A stretch of 58,231 nucleotides of DNA, filler included, from Sphacelaria rigidula (GCA_964200075.2; 4 parts of 4 records of this genome joined end to end with filler, not necessarily neighbours in it); one strand, 5' to 3'. Positions 14,269-27,789 are shown, counted from the first letter of the whole stretch. Numbers and translations are program-made. Notes: generated by a model not told the origin, from the letters alone.

Positions 14269-14490
14269 TACCGCCAATATGCGTCCACTGTACGTCACAT
14301 CTTGTGGTGGCAGATAAGACCAACAATTAAATGCGCTACCCCACCCAAGACGCCCCAAAAGGGGCTATTTATTGTGATCATAGGCGCTACTTATTGTGAA
14401 AAAAAAATCCTACGACCGCCGGAGGGGGGAGGGGGGGGGTGTACTCATGATCATGCATGCCATAGTCATAAGACCATTGACCTCGCATCC

Positions 14491-14590
14491 NNNNNNNNNN
14501 NNNNNNNNNNNNNNNNNNNNNNNNNNNNNNNNNNTTAATTAATTAANNNNNNNNNNNNNNNNNNNNNNNNNNNNNNNNNNNNNNNNNNNN
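14491..14590. other. Artificial contig linker
   Basis: 44 N + TTAATTAATTAA (stop codons in all six frames) + 44 N. Confidence 0.98.
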
Positions 14591-16003
14591 GTGTGTTGGC
14601 GGTATTCTCGGCTTGGGGGTGAAGAGGTGGGTCAAACGTCATGAAAGTGAACAATCCGTGGGCCAAAAATCTGTGTGCCATAACATCCGGCCTGATGCGG
14701 CTAAGCGTCCATGCCATCAAAACGCGAGCGACATGTGGTGTACCGAATAATATGAAGGAAGGGCATGGACTTCAAACAATGTTTTCGTGAGATTGAGAGT
14801 AGAGGATACGATTGAGAGTGAAAAGCGGTCAGTTCGTGAATCAATCGTTTCAGTTCCGACATGCCCCTCCACGAGGCCCAATCTGCTTTCTGTAGTAGCT
14901 TGCCATTAGGCCTTTGATATCCCTGAGTAGGATATCGACGTGTAGCTGTAAGCACACGCCAGTGATGAAGGCAAAGAAGAGCACACGCGGAATTGAAGCA
15001 AATGATCAAAGCCACCCTCAATCACACAAAAAAGTTGTTTTCAGTAGCATGCACGCATCCCATTACATGTTCACACATATTTGTCTCATTCAGCTTAGGT
15101 CAAACGTTGTCAAGCAACCGCTTTCTGATGCTCATGACGTTGCCCCGATCCCGGGCGCCGTTTGTGAGGCATGTCACTTTCGATTATTTAACGTCCCATC
15201 GAGCATCTGATTATTATCCTGATCTCCGCGCCGTACTCAAGTTGACACTAGATACAGTATTTCGCAACCCCCGCCCCCCCCCCCCCCCCCGACTGCCAGA
15301 AAAGACGAGGTATAGCAGCAGTCGGGTGGAGGAAGTAGATGCAAAAAATTGCTCCTGTGGGAACGCATTAGGGTAGAACTAATATAGTAGCAGAATGTGG
15401 ACTATACACGACTAGACGGAACGTGTTTGAGGAGGAAACGTGGAAAGTATAAATGCAGTTGGTATGAAATCGATGGTAAATCATTATAGACAGTAGCGAG
15501 AAACGACTGCTGAACTAGGAGAAAGATGGTGGCTGCAGACGACGAAACAGGAAGGGAAGAACTTTTGTTAATGGTTTTCGTGTGATGTATGTGGGAAACG
15601 TAATGTGCGCTCAAATGTTGGGAGTTTTTTCTCCATTGGGGTAGAGAACGGTGCTCCGTCTCGGAAGGGGTGCGTTGTCAGTGGTTAAATGACCAAGGCA
15701 AGCGACAAATGAGTACGTACGTCGGGATGGGTCATTTGCGTAATCGGAATCATTTTTCACTTCAAATATGATAGCCTGAACAGGTGACCCACCCCGACAA
15801 ATGGACTTACGCCGCTGAGTCGCTTGGGCTTTAGTTCACTGCGCCACTGACTGTACCGTGTATACTGTTGGGAAAATAGTTGCAAAAACACGGGCTAAAG
15901 CTGCAAAACATGTCCCGCCGAACTCACAGAAGTGCAACAGTACGCACGGCTCCGCACACCCCGTTATCATCCACTTGTGAACACCGAGAAGAGTGCTATA
16001 ATG

Positions 16004-16361
16004 TAGAGTTCGGAAATGGTGCCAGTTATAACTGGCCATTATTATTATAATGGTAATAATTGTAATAGTTATATGGAACTCTTGTATAATGGTTTCAAAC
16101 CATTATTTTCCGTTACCGGATACGTATGCTACATACAGCCCTTGAAAATTGGCCCAAATTTGACGGGGCTTTTCAGCTTTAGTGAAGCCAAATCGCGTAG
16201 AAACGTGCCTCCGGCACGACGCCTCCGCCGGGGGGGCTTTTTGGCTCGCGGCTGCCCCGCTCCATGACGAAACCATCATGTACCGTATAACTGGTCAATG
16301 AAAGCGCTACGCGTAACCATCTAACTGGTTAATGGCAAGACAAACCATTTTCCGAGCTCTC
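16004..16361. mobile_element. MITE (TAGAG-terminal, hAT-like)
   Basis: TIRs TAGAGTTCGGAAATGGT and ACCATTTTCCGAGCTCT; TAACTGG/TAATGG subrepeats. Confidence 0.72.
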
Positions 16362-16827
16362 AACATTACGCATCGCTCCGCACAACCCGTCATCATCCAC
16401 TTGTGAAGACCGAGAAAAGTGATTAAGTATCACTCAAAATGTTTTCAAAATTACTCCATACATATTATCGCACGCATCCAAGCTAGTCAAACTGGCGTGC
16501 AGTACATCGCCGTGACTCGCGCAAATAATAACAGGGAGGGAAAGCATTGCCAAAATGATTCCCCACAATCACCGCCACGCCCAACGACAGGATTTTCGGT
16601 CAATCAAATCCTTCCGGCGGATGTTTAGTGGCCAATAATAAAGACGCGAGTCATTTCCCCCGTTTCAGACGGTAAGGGTCTACATCTACTCTACATTCAT
16701 CAACCCCGGTAATCGCATTAACATTGCCCACCATCTTCGAAGTCCCCCACACCCCAACTACATCTCAATGCATGTACATAGAACAACGTCCCGTCATTCC
16801 TCCAGTAACACAGCATTCAAAATCGAT

Positions 16828-19800
16828 TCACAAGAAACCGACCACTAGCCGGAACGTCCCTCCCTCGCCGACATCCAACAGCCACGACACCAACGACTCC
16901 AGCCTAGCATCCCCCGCCTGGACCCCCCCCTCCTCATTCGTCTCCACCTCACACTCCATCTCATCACCCGCAGCATGAGCCACACAAATCCGAGGTCCGC
17001 CAAACCCGCAGTCCGCACGCCCCCCGCCTCTTCCCCAACCCTGGGTGCTGCATAAATTCCCCGCCTCCTGCGGCATCCGCTTCTCTCGCAGCGCTACCTG
17101 CACCGACGAACTCTCCGCCATCAATTCCGCAAAACATTTTGTATGTTGACGGTCCCGCGACGCCTTGAGCATGACGAGCCAGCCTCTTCGACCCCACGCG
17201 CGGAGGCCTTGCGAGTGACGGAGCAAAGTCGCCACTTTTTCTACCTTCTCGTCGCCCGGTCGGCGATCTTCAGCGGCGTCTGCCAGCTCGGACCAGGGGG
17301 TGGATCCGTCTTTGGCCCTGGCCGATTCGAAGGCACCCGCGGCGAGGAGAATCTCGACGCACCCGGGGTGGGCATTTCGGCAGGCGAGATGCAAGGCACT
17401 CCTGCTTGTCGTCACAGTGACAGCCGTGATGGTGATGGCGGCGCGCAGGAAAGCGGGCGGAACAGCGGTGAGGGGTGGTGGCGAAGATATTGTAGTTGCG
17501 AGCTCGAGTACTCGTGTTTTACTCGTGAGTTCTAGTAGTGTGTACTTTGCTCGATAAATGACAGGCGCGAAACGCTCGGCACGTTTTCTATGACGACAGC
17601 TGTCGTCGCTCAAACTGATAGGCAGTACAGTAAGACCAGGGAGGGAGTCAGTTCCGTGTCTCTTCAAGCCAGCAACTGGATGGCGGAGGAGACAAGAAGG
17701 TTTTGAGGGGCTCACGTTCCTTTTTTACGTGATATATGCCATCGCCATAATTGGGGCACTCGTGCAAGTATGAACATCTCCCTGTTGCGCAACATGGCTA
17801 CATCGTTGCTCGACTAGACAAGCAAGATGGTGCGTTCGGCGCAACTAATTCAGAGTTGTGACAACAGTGTGTGCGGTAGTCCAGAGTGTGTCGTTTTCTT
17901 CATCCTCTCAACACCCCTCGAAAACAGCAAAAAATGCTATAAACTCGTGGAAGAATCAATGAAAACCGCTGCACCTCCTACAACGTTGTGGGCACTCGCG
18001 CCAAGGACATCCTGTCAAAGTTTCGGCCAAAAATACCTTAAATTGGGCGTAGCGTCGCGCTTTTCGTGTGGCACGGCTGCGCCCCGCTGGTCAAACTAAT
18101 ACAACAGCCTTCAGCTACACAGATCACGAGTTCCAATCCCGACACGAGAACGTTTGTATGCATAATCTCTCGTACCTCCCAGGTTGCAAAATGTCTCGAT
18201 ATTTTGGTGACGGTCTTGCTTTTGGGGGGGGGTATAGCGCAGTTTCAAGTAGTACTTCTCCCTCGTACGGTTATATACTCGGAGGTTCCCTCCCATGATG
18301 GAGCTGTCGACAAGCGTGATGCCATCTTGCAGCACTACCAGAGTGCTCTTGCCTGTGCATATCGGGAGTTCGTCTACCTATGCGGCGCAACTGCCTATCG
18401 TAATTCCACCGCATTTTGTGAAACGAAATGTCTCCAGACACGCTGTCACGCAACGACAGGAGACGTACCCGGTACTCATTGCAGTACAATAACATCATCG
18501 CCAAAACTGCGCCAATCGACCAGCGGCGGTGCCGTGTGTTACTAGGTTGGTCCACAGTTCACAGCCATATGCTCAAGTTGCGCTGATTTGGGAAACTTGA
18601 AAAGTTGTGGTGGGGACAGCAACCGCGGGATTTACTCCTGGCCCAGCTCGAACACACCTTCCGCTCCTGCCCATCACGTCCACACCAGCCCCACCGTTCA
18701 GAAGAGCCAACAGCGCTTCCTCCCTCCCATTAAAAGCGGCGCGATGTAGTGCAGTAGAGCCGTAGTAATTGCGCGCATCCACCATCGATTCGACTTCCGC
18801 CTCTTCCTTTTCCGCCGACACGTTCAGCTTAGCATCGGAGGCCAACGCATACCCCTGCATCGCAATAGGAATGATCAGGACAAGAGGCGGGGAGGTTCAG
18901 GGGTCACGTGCGTGCGAACGGGGTAAACTTGCCATTAATAGCTTGTTCGCTTCGTGCCTGTAGTATGGGAGTCGACAGAGAGCGTTGCCACCAATGGGGC
19001 TACCGTGAACATGACGGGATGGCCGCATGACTGGGTAGTGAGCAGGGACACGTCGTGTTTCGTTGATACAATGCACACCTTGCGATCTCAGCTGGGGAAG
19101 AGCTCCAAAGACAATCAGCACTCGACCGACCGGGAATATTCTCAAGTGCTGCCATGTTAACCTCAACTCGGGCTCGGGTTATGGAAGATGATACAATGAA
19201 ACACAAGCCAAGATTGGTGAGCAGTGCCCACCCTACACCAGCGTAGCGTCTTCGTGTCAGTTCGCCACATCCATGGTCGCATAACCCTCAACATAGAAGG
19301 CATTTGGGTTGTCGAGGGGTGACCGTTTTCAAGTCAAGAACGACTTCACGTCTGACACGCCGTTCCAAGCGCGACCATCACGATCATAACCGCCTCCCCG
19401 TATCGATCCATAAAGATATCACGACCATCCCCGCCAGAGCCGCCTACTCACCGTTGGCGCTACAGCAGCGGTGATACGGTTTTGTCGAGACGGGTACGCC
19501 CAACTGCACCCCAGCAAAGCCTCCACAATAGCAGCATGCCCAGCTCGCGCTGCACAATGAAGAGGGGACGAACCCGCCCCGTCCCGGGCGTTGATGTTGG
19601 CGCCTGCTTCGAGGAGGGCATGAACCACGTCTGTGTTCCCACGTGCGGCTGCCCAGTGCAGGGCGGTCCTTCCAGCCTGCTCGGCGAGGAGCCCATCGAA
19701 TGCGAGCAAGTAATCGTGGACTATGGTGAGGCTGGGGGATCGAGGAAGTCGTGTGTTCTGCCACAGCGAACGTCGCATCGCTTTTGTAGCGTCGGTTTCA

Positions 19801-21857
19801 AGGGGGTATCTTCAGCGTGGGACACTAGACAGTCATCACCAGCGCACATGTGTGTTGTGCGATGTCGTCACACACACACACACACACACACACACAGCAG
19901 CTGGGTCATTGGTGGACAGCCTCGGAGATGAGGTGGCCGCACAGTCACACTGCAAACTATTCGAAATCACTTCAAGTGCCCCCTAATTGGCTGGCTGCTG
20001 GGCCTGTCTGTGACATCTACTCTGGACGCCGGTCTACACCATCCGGGGTATGTGGGCGCACCAGCCGGGGTCGCAGAGGAAGGTCAACACAGGACTTTTT
20101 TTTTTTTTCGTTTTGTTTCAGTTCTCCATCTTCCTTCTGCGGTGCTTGCCTTCATTTTTTCATCGCAAGAGGAGTTCACCAGCCCCTTTCCCTCGTCAAC
20201 CATAACGTCGAATTTTGAGTATCAACGACACAGTCGCTCTCCACTGTTAGTTATGGTGCGAGAAAAAATCCCAGATATCTCTGAGATTCGAACCGATGAC
20301 CCAACCGTCAGAAGGTTTCGAGGTTACCGACTGAGCCACCGGGGCGACCGGCTACACATCGTTCATTCATTTGCCTCAACGTTTCCAGTACGAAAAGGAG
20401 GTGCACCGTCGCCGATCGCGCGTGCAGCAACGACACGTGGTTGCCTTCACCAAACTCACTCGATCCGTGTCTTCTGTTTGCGCTCCAGCATCCAACAGGT
20501 ACCGAGCGTGCGCTCCATCGTCGTTTCTGCTTCTCGCGCACTCTCTCAAAGGAATGCGGAGACAGCCGGGCCCCGGATGACTCGACACCATCGTCCTCTG
20601 CGGGAAGCACAAGGACAAAAGCGAGAAATAACCGGTGAAAGCTTCTTCGGACGTACGTACGTGGACAACGGTTTAGATGAAAGAACAGTTTTTTCGATGA
20701 ACAGCGCTGGAGCATGAGCCTCCGAGTGTGTAGGATGACTATCTATACGCGATACAGTATGACTCTTCCTTCTCCACTCTTTTTCAACCCTTTCGGAACC
20801 CACTGGCGATTCTTGTTTCTGCGAATCGGCATCATTTTCAGTCATCCACATCAAAATGATGCCGATTCACAGAAACAAGAATCGTCAGCGGGTTCCAAAA
20901 GAGTGTGCGCGTGACCCTGTTCCTCGTTACACGAAAGTCCGAAAAAACAGTGTCGACTACGCTCATTATATTTTACAACGTTTCTTCGGAAATCTTCGAG
21001 ATTGTCGGGACTGCCATGTATCTGATGATTCTCGAATGCTTGCAGGCGCCACGGCGTTTTCACAGGGGAGCTCTCCGAAGTGCTGCGTTGCAGTCAGAAT
21101 TTTTCAGACTTCTCCAAAAATGAAGCTTTCGGAGAAAAATTCAAGCCGCTTCGTTCTCCGAGAAGTCTGAACGCAGAATCCGAAAACTCTGAAAAATTAT
21201 GATATCTGCGAACAAACAGTGTCGATAGTAATGAGCCCAATATAATAACTCAGAATTTTCCAAAAAAATTCGGACTTTGCGTTCGGAGTTCTTCAAAAAT
21301 CAAGCGGCTTGATTTTTCTGAGAAGTTTCATTTTTGAGAAGCCCGAACAAGTGAACTGGAACGGAGCATTTTGGAGAGCTGTCCTGTCTGTGTGTGCGCC
21401 GTGGCGTTCGCAAGCGTTTGAGAGTCATCAGGAACCTTGCCAGTCACACCCTGCGCCATGTCAGAGACATTGCAACATCAGCATTTGTCTGACATATATT
21501 GTCACGTACATGGTGCTGTCCTGCATAACCTGTTCGACCAGGCGTCGCAATCTCCGATTGACGAAGTTAACGGTACAGCAATGCTCTTTCACAGTCCAAG
21601 CGTCAGCCTTTTCAGGAGTTGAAAAGAGAAAATTTACTTACCCGACCTCTCCCTCCCCATCTCAACTAACTTATGCACTGGTCGCTCAACACACTAAACA
21701 AGACTGTCGTACCTGTTGAGCAGCAGCTGGTGGCCGGCACAAGGCTGCTCCAGACGTGGCATTCGCGAGGGCAGCCGCGAGATAGGGAGCACGCTCAATG
21801 GGACCTTTATCCGCCACAACACCCCCCCCGGCATTAGGCGGTAGAGCCCAGTTTTGG
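16828..21857 (-). CDS. Multi-exon ankyrin-repeat protein (brown-algal ankyrin family type), 5' end not resolved
   Basis: Exons 21857-21713 (tentative), 19676-19452, 18854-18658 and 17401-16828 (stop) join in phase. Ankyrin motifs: GRTALHWAAARGNTDVVHALLEAGANIN, GSSPLHCAARAGHAAIVEALL, GSTALHRAAFNGREEALLALLNGGAGVD, GRSALHLACRNAHPGCVEILLAAGA. The C-terminal AWGRRGWLVML...GTFRLVVGFL tail resembles that of the expanded Ectocarpus ankyrin family (recalled, not searched). Confidence 0.88.
19869..19896 (+). repeat. (CA)n microsatellite
   Basis: Direct reading of the sequence. Confidence 0.9.
20021..20349 (-). mobile_element. tRNA-derived SINE, near full-length copy
   Basis: On the minus strand it reads GGTCGCCCCGGTGGCTCAGTCGGTAAC (Pol III A box) ... 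GGTTCGAATC (B box). The body and 3' part (GACCCCGGCTGGTGCGCCCACATAC..GGTGTAGACCGGCGTC) match the copies at 25198, 41825 and 42467. Confidence 0.85.
20788..20903. repeat. Near-perfect ~50-bp-arm hairpin
   Basis: GGAACCCACTGGCGATTCTTGTTTCTGCGAATCGGCATCATTTT, a ~14-nt loop, then AAAATGATGCCGATTCACAGAAACAAGAATCGTCAGCGGGTTCC. Confidence 0.85.
21020..21435. repeat. Long imperfect foldback (palindromic) element
   Basis: The arms 21020-21200 and 21250-21435 are reverse complements (e.g. CTGATGATTCTCGAATGCTTGC / GCAAGCGTTTGAGAGTCATCAG; AAATTCAAGCCGCTT / AAGCGGCTTGATTT). Confidence 0.75.
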
Positions 21858-22309
21858 CTGTCCGGTTGCAGCAAAAAAAGACAAGAGGACGCATGAGGGT
21901 GTGTAAGAGGGGCAAGTCATGTCGCATTATTGACAAAGAACATGAAATAACTCTTGGTTGTCGTCGCTTAGCCACACGCCTAATCCCTAGACCGCAATGT
22001 TGGTAGTCCATCTGGAGCACGCATACTTTCTTCAAGTGAATATTGATGCCGATTCAGCAGGTGACCTACCCTCGCGGTCAAACCGTTCAGGAGTACATAC
22101 TGTTTGGGCGGCTTACAGTGAAGGTGGTGAGGGGGAGTACTCCAGAGCTCCGTTTTTAGCGGGCCAGAAAAATGCGGCGCTGGGTTAGGGTTAGGGTTAT
22201 TTCAACACAGCGGTGCCCAGTTTTGTGAGAGCAGGCCCGACGCGCCACCAAGTAACAACGCCGTTTGAGAGTAGTGTGCGTCGCAAATGATAGAGAGCGA
22301 CGTCTGGTT

Positions 22310-23960
22310 TGGTGAACATGACCATAATCTCAAGCTGTTGAGGATCACGTCAAAAGCTCGCCTGCTTCGATCGACAACGTAAAAAATATTGACTGCTCTG
22401 GGCGAAAGCGCGACCAGTAGGGTAAATTTTTCAACACTTGAAATCTGGTCAAGTTCGGAAGTCTTGTGGAAGTAGCGACGTGGCTCATCAGCGAAAGGTA
22501 ACTCGAAAGTACAGCACCGCGTTTCCTTCTTTCGAACCTGACCTCAGCCATCGGTGACAACCCCGCCACGAAAGCTTGAGTTACTTCACGAGAAAAACAA
22601 GCTGCAGTGATCCACGGCATAACGAGGTGCCAAGGCAAGCTCAGACAGTGAAACAAAAAACATGGTCCATGTTCTTGCGACAGAGCGTACGGCCTTAAGC
22701 AGTGACCCACGTGCATTATCACCATAACGGAATACACGAGACGAGGTTGTTGAAAAAAACATTTGGTGGCACTGTTATGCGAATATGATAATAGAGTAAC
22801 CTCGGCACCTCTTCATTACACGTACAAAGTCCTTAAAAGTCTCGTCGTGGTTGAGGCGTTACACCGACCTACCAGAGTGAACGGAAATACAGATGGGAAA
22901 CTTTCCTGGCTCGCGCGTTTTGTTGCACACAAGGACGTAAATCAAACACCTTGTAGAGTAGAGATTCCCCCTCATGCGCGAACTTTGGTCGCCAAAAACC
23001 AAGGTCTCGAGTTGACTTCCACTTTCTTCGTTTTTCTTAAACCCACAGCTGAAGGTTCCAAAGACAGTTATGCATTCGCAGTTATACAGAGAGGGGGTGT
23101 TGTCCACGGCACGGAGAAAAATATGCGAATATTGTCGTAGGATCCCAAGAAGAATCGACAGCCCCCAAATAGGCGGCCAAAATGCGGCATTACTGATCGT
23201 TGTATGACAGAATTTCCCGAATACCGACAGTTCTTATAAATACTTGTCCCTGATAGAGATATAGTTCTTGAAGATGCGGACGTGTGGTGATCAAAATATG
23301 TCGATCATTTTGCAGGCTTCGATTGCTTGCTTGGTCGTGGCATCCGCTACAAATATGGTGGTCGCGAGATAGACGAACCTGACGGAATAAACGCGAACAT
23401 TCGCGGGAAATGGAGAAAAGGGGCAAAATGGGCTCTGCGAATGACTACTATACCGAGTATTAAATTCAACTTTTGTTTTCAAGATATTTGAGAAAGTGGA
23501 AATTCCAATGCGCACGTACTCGTCGCGCAACAGTTTGCGGCAGAAGTGGTTGAAAGTGCCGGTTGTTGTGCGTTTTTCCATGCATGCCAAGAGAGGAGAT
23601 ATTGTAGGGGCGCTGTGACACAATAGGCTATAAGCTGTGCCGTACTGCAAACGAGGTTGAACCGGCCGATTCAGTTGTACGCAGTACTCTGGCACATCGG
23701 AATGCATCAAACGCTGCTGTCGATTGAAAGACGTCTGACACATTAGTCCAACTACTCCCGCCGCCGTCGAAATCTTTGACAGAGGTGCCCTATACTTGGC
23801 TCGACTACAAAATCAACAGGAAAAAAGCGCGACCACACTGCTGCTGGATCCTGGGCTGTTTAGCAACGGGAACACATCGAACAGTACTGAGCATACAATC
23901 TACCAAATGACAAATCTGTTTGCCGATTTGCGGCTGTCCATAGTACCACGCGCTTTTTAT
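22310..23960 (-). pseudogene. Decayed hAT-like transposase (many stops and frameshifts)
   Basis: Fragments occur in the expected order on the minus strand: RGTMDSRKS; LLCHS; EFNTRYSSH (TRW/FxS-like); TISNAAFWPPIWGLSILL..FLRAVDNTPSL (I.D..FW....LR..D-like); GRAFAQ...DPQQLEIMVMF (dimerisation-domain-like). Motif matching was by eye only. Confidence 0.5.
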
Positions 23961-25197
23961 CCGCCCGGGCGTTCGCGTTCCCCGCGGCTGCGGTAGTCTT
24001 TCCGTTTTTCAACACTGTTGTGGGAGACGCCCACAATCCCAGAAAACGACGAGATAAATTGACATAGCGGAGTACTGGCATAGATAGCACTGCAACAAAT
24101 TGCCGCGACATTCTTTGCCCTGCTTCCGTGGAATAATCGAGCAAAAATGCTGAATACGGGTACCAGTTTTCGATCCCCCACCGACACGCACGACTGACGC
24201 CGTGAAGCAAGATCTTCGCGCGCTGTCTCAAAATCCACAACAAACAACTGCTCAAACCACTGAACGGCAACGTAATGTTACTGCAGTAACGGAAAATATA
24301 TCTCACCGACTAGGGGCGAACGCCATGTCGTTCCTTTCTTAGGCCTTCGAGATCTTCGAATGATAGACTGCACCGGGTGATTTCGCTGCACCTGCTTCCG
24401 GCGTATGAAAGTAAACCACACGATCGATTGCCGTCGGCGTGGGGCAGGCCAAAGTGTTCCACATACTATTGCACAATTGTAGAATCATAGGCTCATGTCC
24501 AGTACTACAGACCGTTTCTGTTGTACACTTGAGTGCTCGATACAACAGTACAGTGAGCTTCGCAACAATCTTCAACTTGCCGTTGAAACCCACGGACCTG
24601 CAAGGAGCTTCTGCCAAGTGGCGTGACTAACGAGGCCAAAGCAAGTATACTATTGACTGGCAATGCAAACTGCACAGCTACATTATACAGAAATGCCTGA
24701 CGCCCAGGCTGTACCTACACTACTGTCGCATGTTATATCAATCACGTCGTGTATTATCCGTGTACTATAATCGTTCGGAGCCTGGTAGATGCGGTGAAGG
24801 CTAAATGCGGCTTCACTGCATATGCTGCTGTTATCTCTCTCTGCTGTGGTAGATATATACCAGCACCATACATATCTACAACTCACGATGGTAGAGGATC
24901 TTAGCTCCCTTGACCCTGCACGTGGTGGTATGCCCTAGCGCTGAACGATCACTGAGTGACGACGGGCGGCAGCAGGTGCAACACTATACTTATCGTGCCC
25001 TGCTAGCTGGCTGCGTCGTTAGGTGGCCCAGCACACTCTTGCGAGATCGCTGATTGGTTGCTTTAAAAATTCTTGTACTATTCTGCATTTTAAAATTGCA
25101 CCGCAGTTTTCAAATGGTGTCATAGGTTATATTTCGATCTTTCTGCGGGCAATTCCAGCAAACACTTCCTGCGAATACTTGTAGTCATTAACAGTTT

Positions 25198-25535
25198 GGT
25201 CGCCCCGGCAACTCAGTTGGTAGGAATATAACCTCGAAACCTTCTGACGGCGGTTGGGTCATGGGTTCGAATCTCGGTGCAGTCACACAATCTGGGAGTT
25301 TTTCTCACACAATGCCCAACAGTACAGTAGTGGAGATAGATGATCTATGTGGGTATATACACATGAAATTCGACTGCACGGTAGACGAGGGAAAGGGACT
25401 GGTGAATCCCTCTCGCGATAAGAAATAGAGGCAATCACCACAGAAGAAAGGGGGAGTAGCAAAACATGAAAAAAAAAAAAACTCCTTTGTTGGCGTTCCT
25501 CCTGTGTGACCCCGGCTGCTACTAAGATGTCCAGC
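25198..25535 (+). mobile_element. tRNA-derived SINE copy
   Basis: GGTCGCCCCGGCAACTCAGTTGG...GGGTTCGAATCTCGG head plus the shared body (GACGAGGGAAAGGGACTGGTGAA..TGTGTGACCCCGGCTG). Confidence 0.82.
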
Positions 25536-27205
25536 AGAAGATTTGACTTTTTTTAATGATTTGTCAAGGATGTGTTCCTCATCGAATATAGAGGGAGCGG
25601 GGAGCGGGGAGCGGGGAGCGGGGTGGTGGTGGATGGACTGTATTATTTTCGAGGTATGTATGGTAATAGTAGGCCGTAGTATGTGAACCCCTGCTGTCTA
25701 CTCGCCGGGTGCAAGTGTGGCAATTGTATTAATGGTTACTACAAGAGTCTGTCAAAAAAATAGTTCAGGACACGTAGGCCCCAAGATCGAAAATTCGAGT
25801 TTTTGAGAAGGGGGCGGGATCCAACCTGCTGTCCCCTGGTTTATTGCCGAGGCGTTGGCGGATGCGGTCAGCTGCCGCGTACAGAGATGCTTGGCGTGGA
25901 GACCGCCGAGATGACGGACACATCGCCACTCCGTGCTCATCACCGACCATGATGACATTATTTATGGGATCATGTTCCGTGTCGTGTGCCTCGACTACCT
26001 ACCACGAGTAGTCCGGGCGAATTTGGCGAGGCGTGAGTAAATATCGATATTCCTACTACTTTGCCTACAGGTTGTCGCTACCGTGCGCTCGTGTATTGTA
26101 CGTAGATGTGTACGAGCGTTGCCGGCATTCGAGGTCGTCGAGACAGGACGGGCAAGGAGCAGAAGTGAATATACGAACCTCGCGAAGCCCGCCAGACTTC
26201 TCGGTTTTCGTCAGTGTTTGTTGATAATTTTATCTCAACAACTCACCGCAGTCACACACAATCATGCGACTACCAGTACCCGTGCGTCAGGATAAATCTT
26301 CGCGTATGCATGACAATGTCTATGTGCACTCATCCGTACCTGTTCACATGAGCAGGGGGAGGAGAAGGGGGAGGAGGATAAATGCGGAGGGGAGGATTTA
26401 AAGTTCGAAAAAAAAAAAAGTAAAAAATCATGATAATTTTAAAAAAATTGGGGGGGGAGGGGGGGCTCCCGCTCAGATTTTTTTTCTCTTGGCAGACCCT
26501 TGATTGTTATAGTATGTTCTCTACGTCACCAATGCATGATATCACATACTCGTACATACATACACGGCAATGATACTAGTAGTGTGTTTGCAAACCTCAC
26601 ATGATCTGTAATTTTTTTCATGTTTAGATCGCGGGTCTGAAAATGGAGCTAGACACGTTGAGAAGACAGCTGAGAAGGTCCTCATGCTCGTGCTACGCCA
26701 TTGTCTGCGGTTCACATGGTACTGGCGTGCGTCAGTGCGGCGGCGACGTGTTCTCACTCCACGTTCTCGGCTTACAATCAGACCCCAAACACACAACAGG
26801 AGTATCCCGGGTATCCAAAGCCGATATCTGAAACATCTGTGTGAAAGGAGATGGACATTGGCGTGGTGTACTTGGCGCTCAGATGTTTCCGGTGCCAGGT
26901 ACGATGTACTGCACCTTGCACTATACTGTCATACTGTAGTGAACTGCATGGTGCCCCGTGTTTGTGTCATCATCTAGTTCTGTACTATTTGTGTACAGAA
27001 TGCCTTTGATGCCACAGAGGAGAAGTAGTCAGCAGTGCTGCTCACGTCAGTGTCCGGGCTCATGGGCACTACCTCGCTGCATTCTGTCTACTGCACTACT
27101 CCAGTACGGGCCCGTTCATAAGACACGAGGTTCTAATAAGGCCTGTTTTTTTCTTTCTGAAAAGTCCTGACGTCTTGGAGATCTCCAAGCGCAGGTCCAA
27201 TATTG

Positions 27206-27786
27206 CAAGATTGTGTTCTGTGAGGTACGGGCACGTTCTGGAGGGTATGAGATTCCTTACAGAACTTACAGAACTGTAGGGTACCGGTATGAAAATCTTA
27301 CAGAGTTTACAGAACTTTCGGGTACCGGTATGAAAGTCTTATAGAAATTACAGAATTTGTCGGGTACAGTACGGGAGGCTTACAGAAAACCGGTACCGGC
27401 AATCGGGTAACTCTTTTAGGGCATACCCGCCCCTCGGGTTAAGGTAAAGTTTTCGTACAGAACTCAAAGAACTATCGGGTAAGGGTATGGGAGGATTACA
27501 AAACTCACAGAAACTATCGGGTAGGGTGTGGAGGTTGCACAGAAAATCGTACCCGCGACCGGGTATCTTATCAAGAGCATACCCGTGCCCCCCGGTAACG
27601 GAACGGGAGGCTTACACAACTCACAGAACTATCGGGTACGGGTATGAAGGTTTTACAGAAATTTCAGAACTATCGGGTATACCGGTATGGAAATCTTACA
27701 GAGTTTACAGAACTGTCGGGTACGGTAAATACCCGGCAAAATACCCCGGGTATACAGAAAACCGTACCCTACAGGACACGACCTTG
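27206..27786. mobile_element. MITE of the CAAGGTTGTGTTCTGTAGGG family with internal TTACAGAAC/GGGTACCGG repeats
   Basis: Terminal inverted repeats CAAGATTGTGTTCTGT and CCCTACAGGACACGACCTTG; internal ~40-bp subrepeats; homologous to 49168-49975. Confidence 0.85.
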
Positions 27787-27789
27787 GAA

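Noticed and set aside
22181..22199. TTAGGG telomere-like repeats (similar short runs at ~4593 and ~38693)
   Set aside because: Only 2-3 units, internal; too short to indicate a telomere or a healed break.
27215..27780. CRISPR-like array in the TTACAGAAC repeat regions (also 48000-48420, 49230-49930, 56140-56500)
   Set aside because: The units are degenerate and contiguous with no unique spacers, they are bounded by TIRs, the context is eukaryotic and no cas genes are present.
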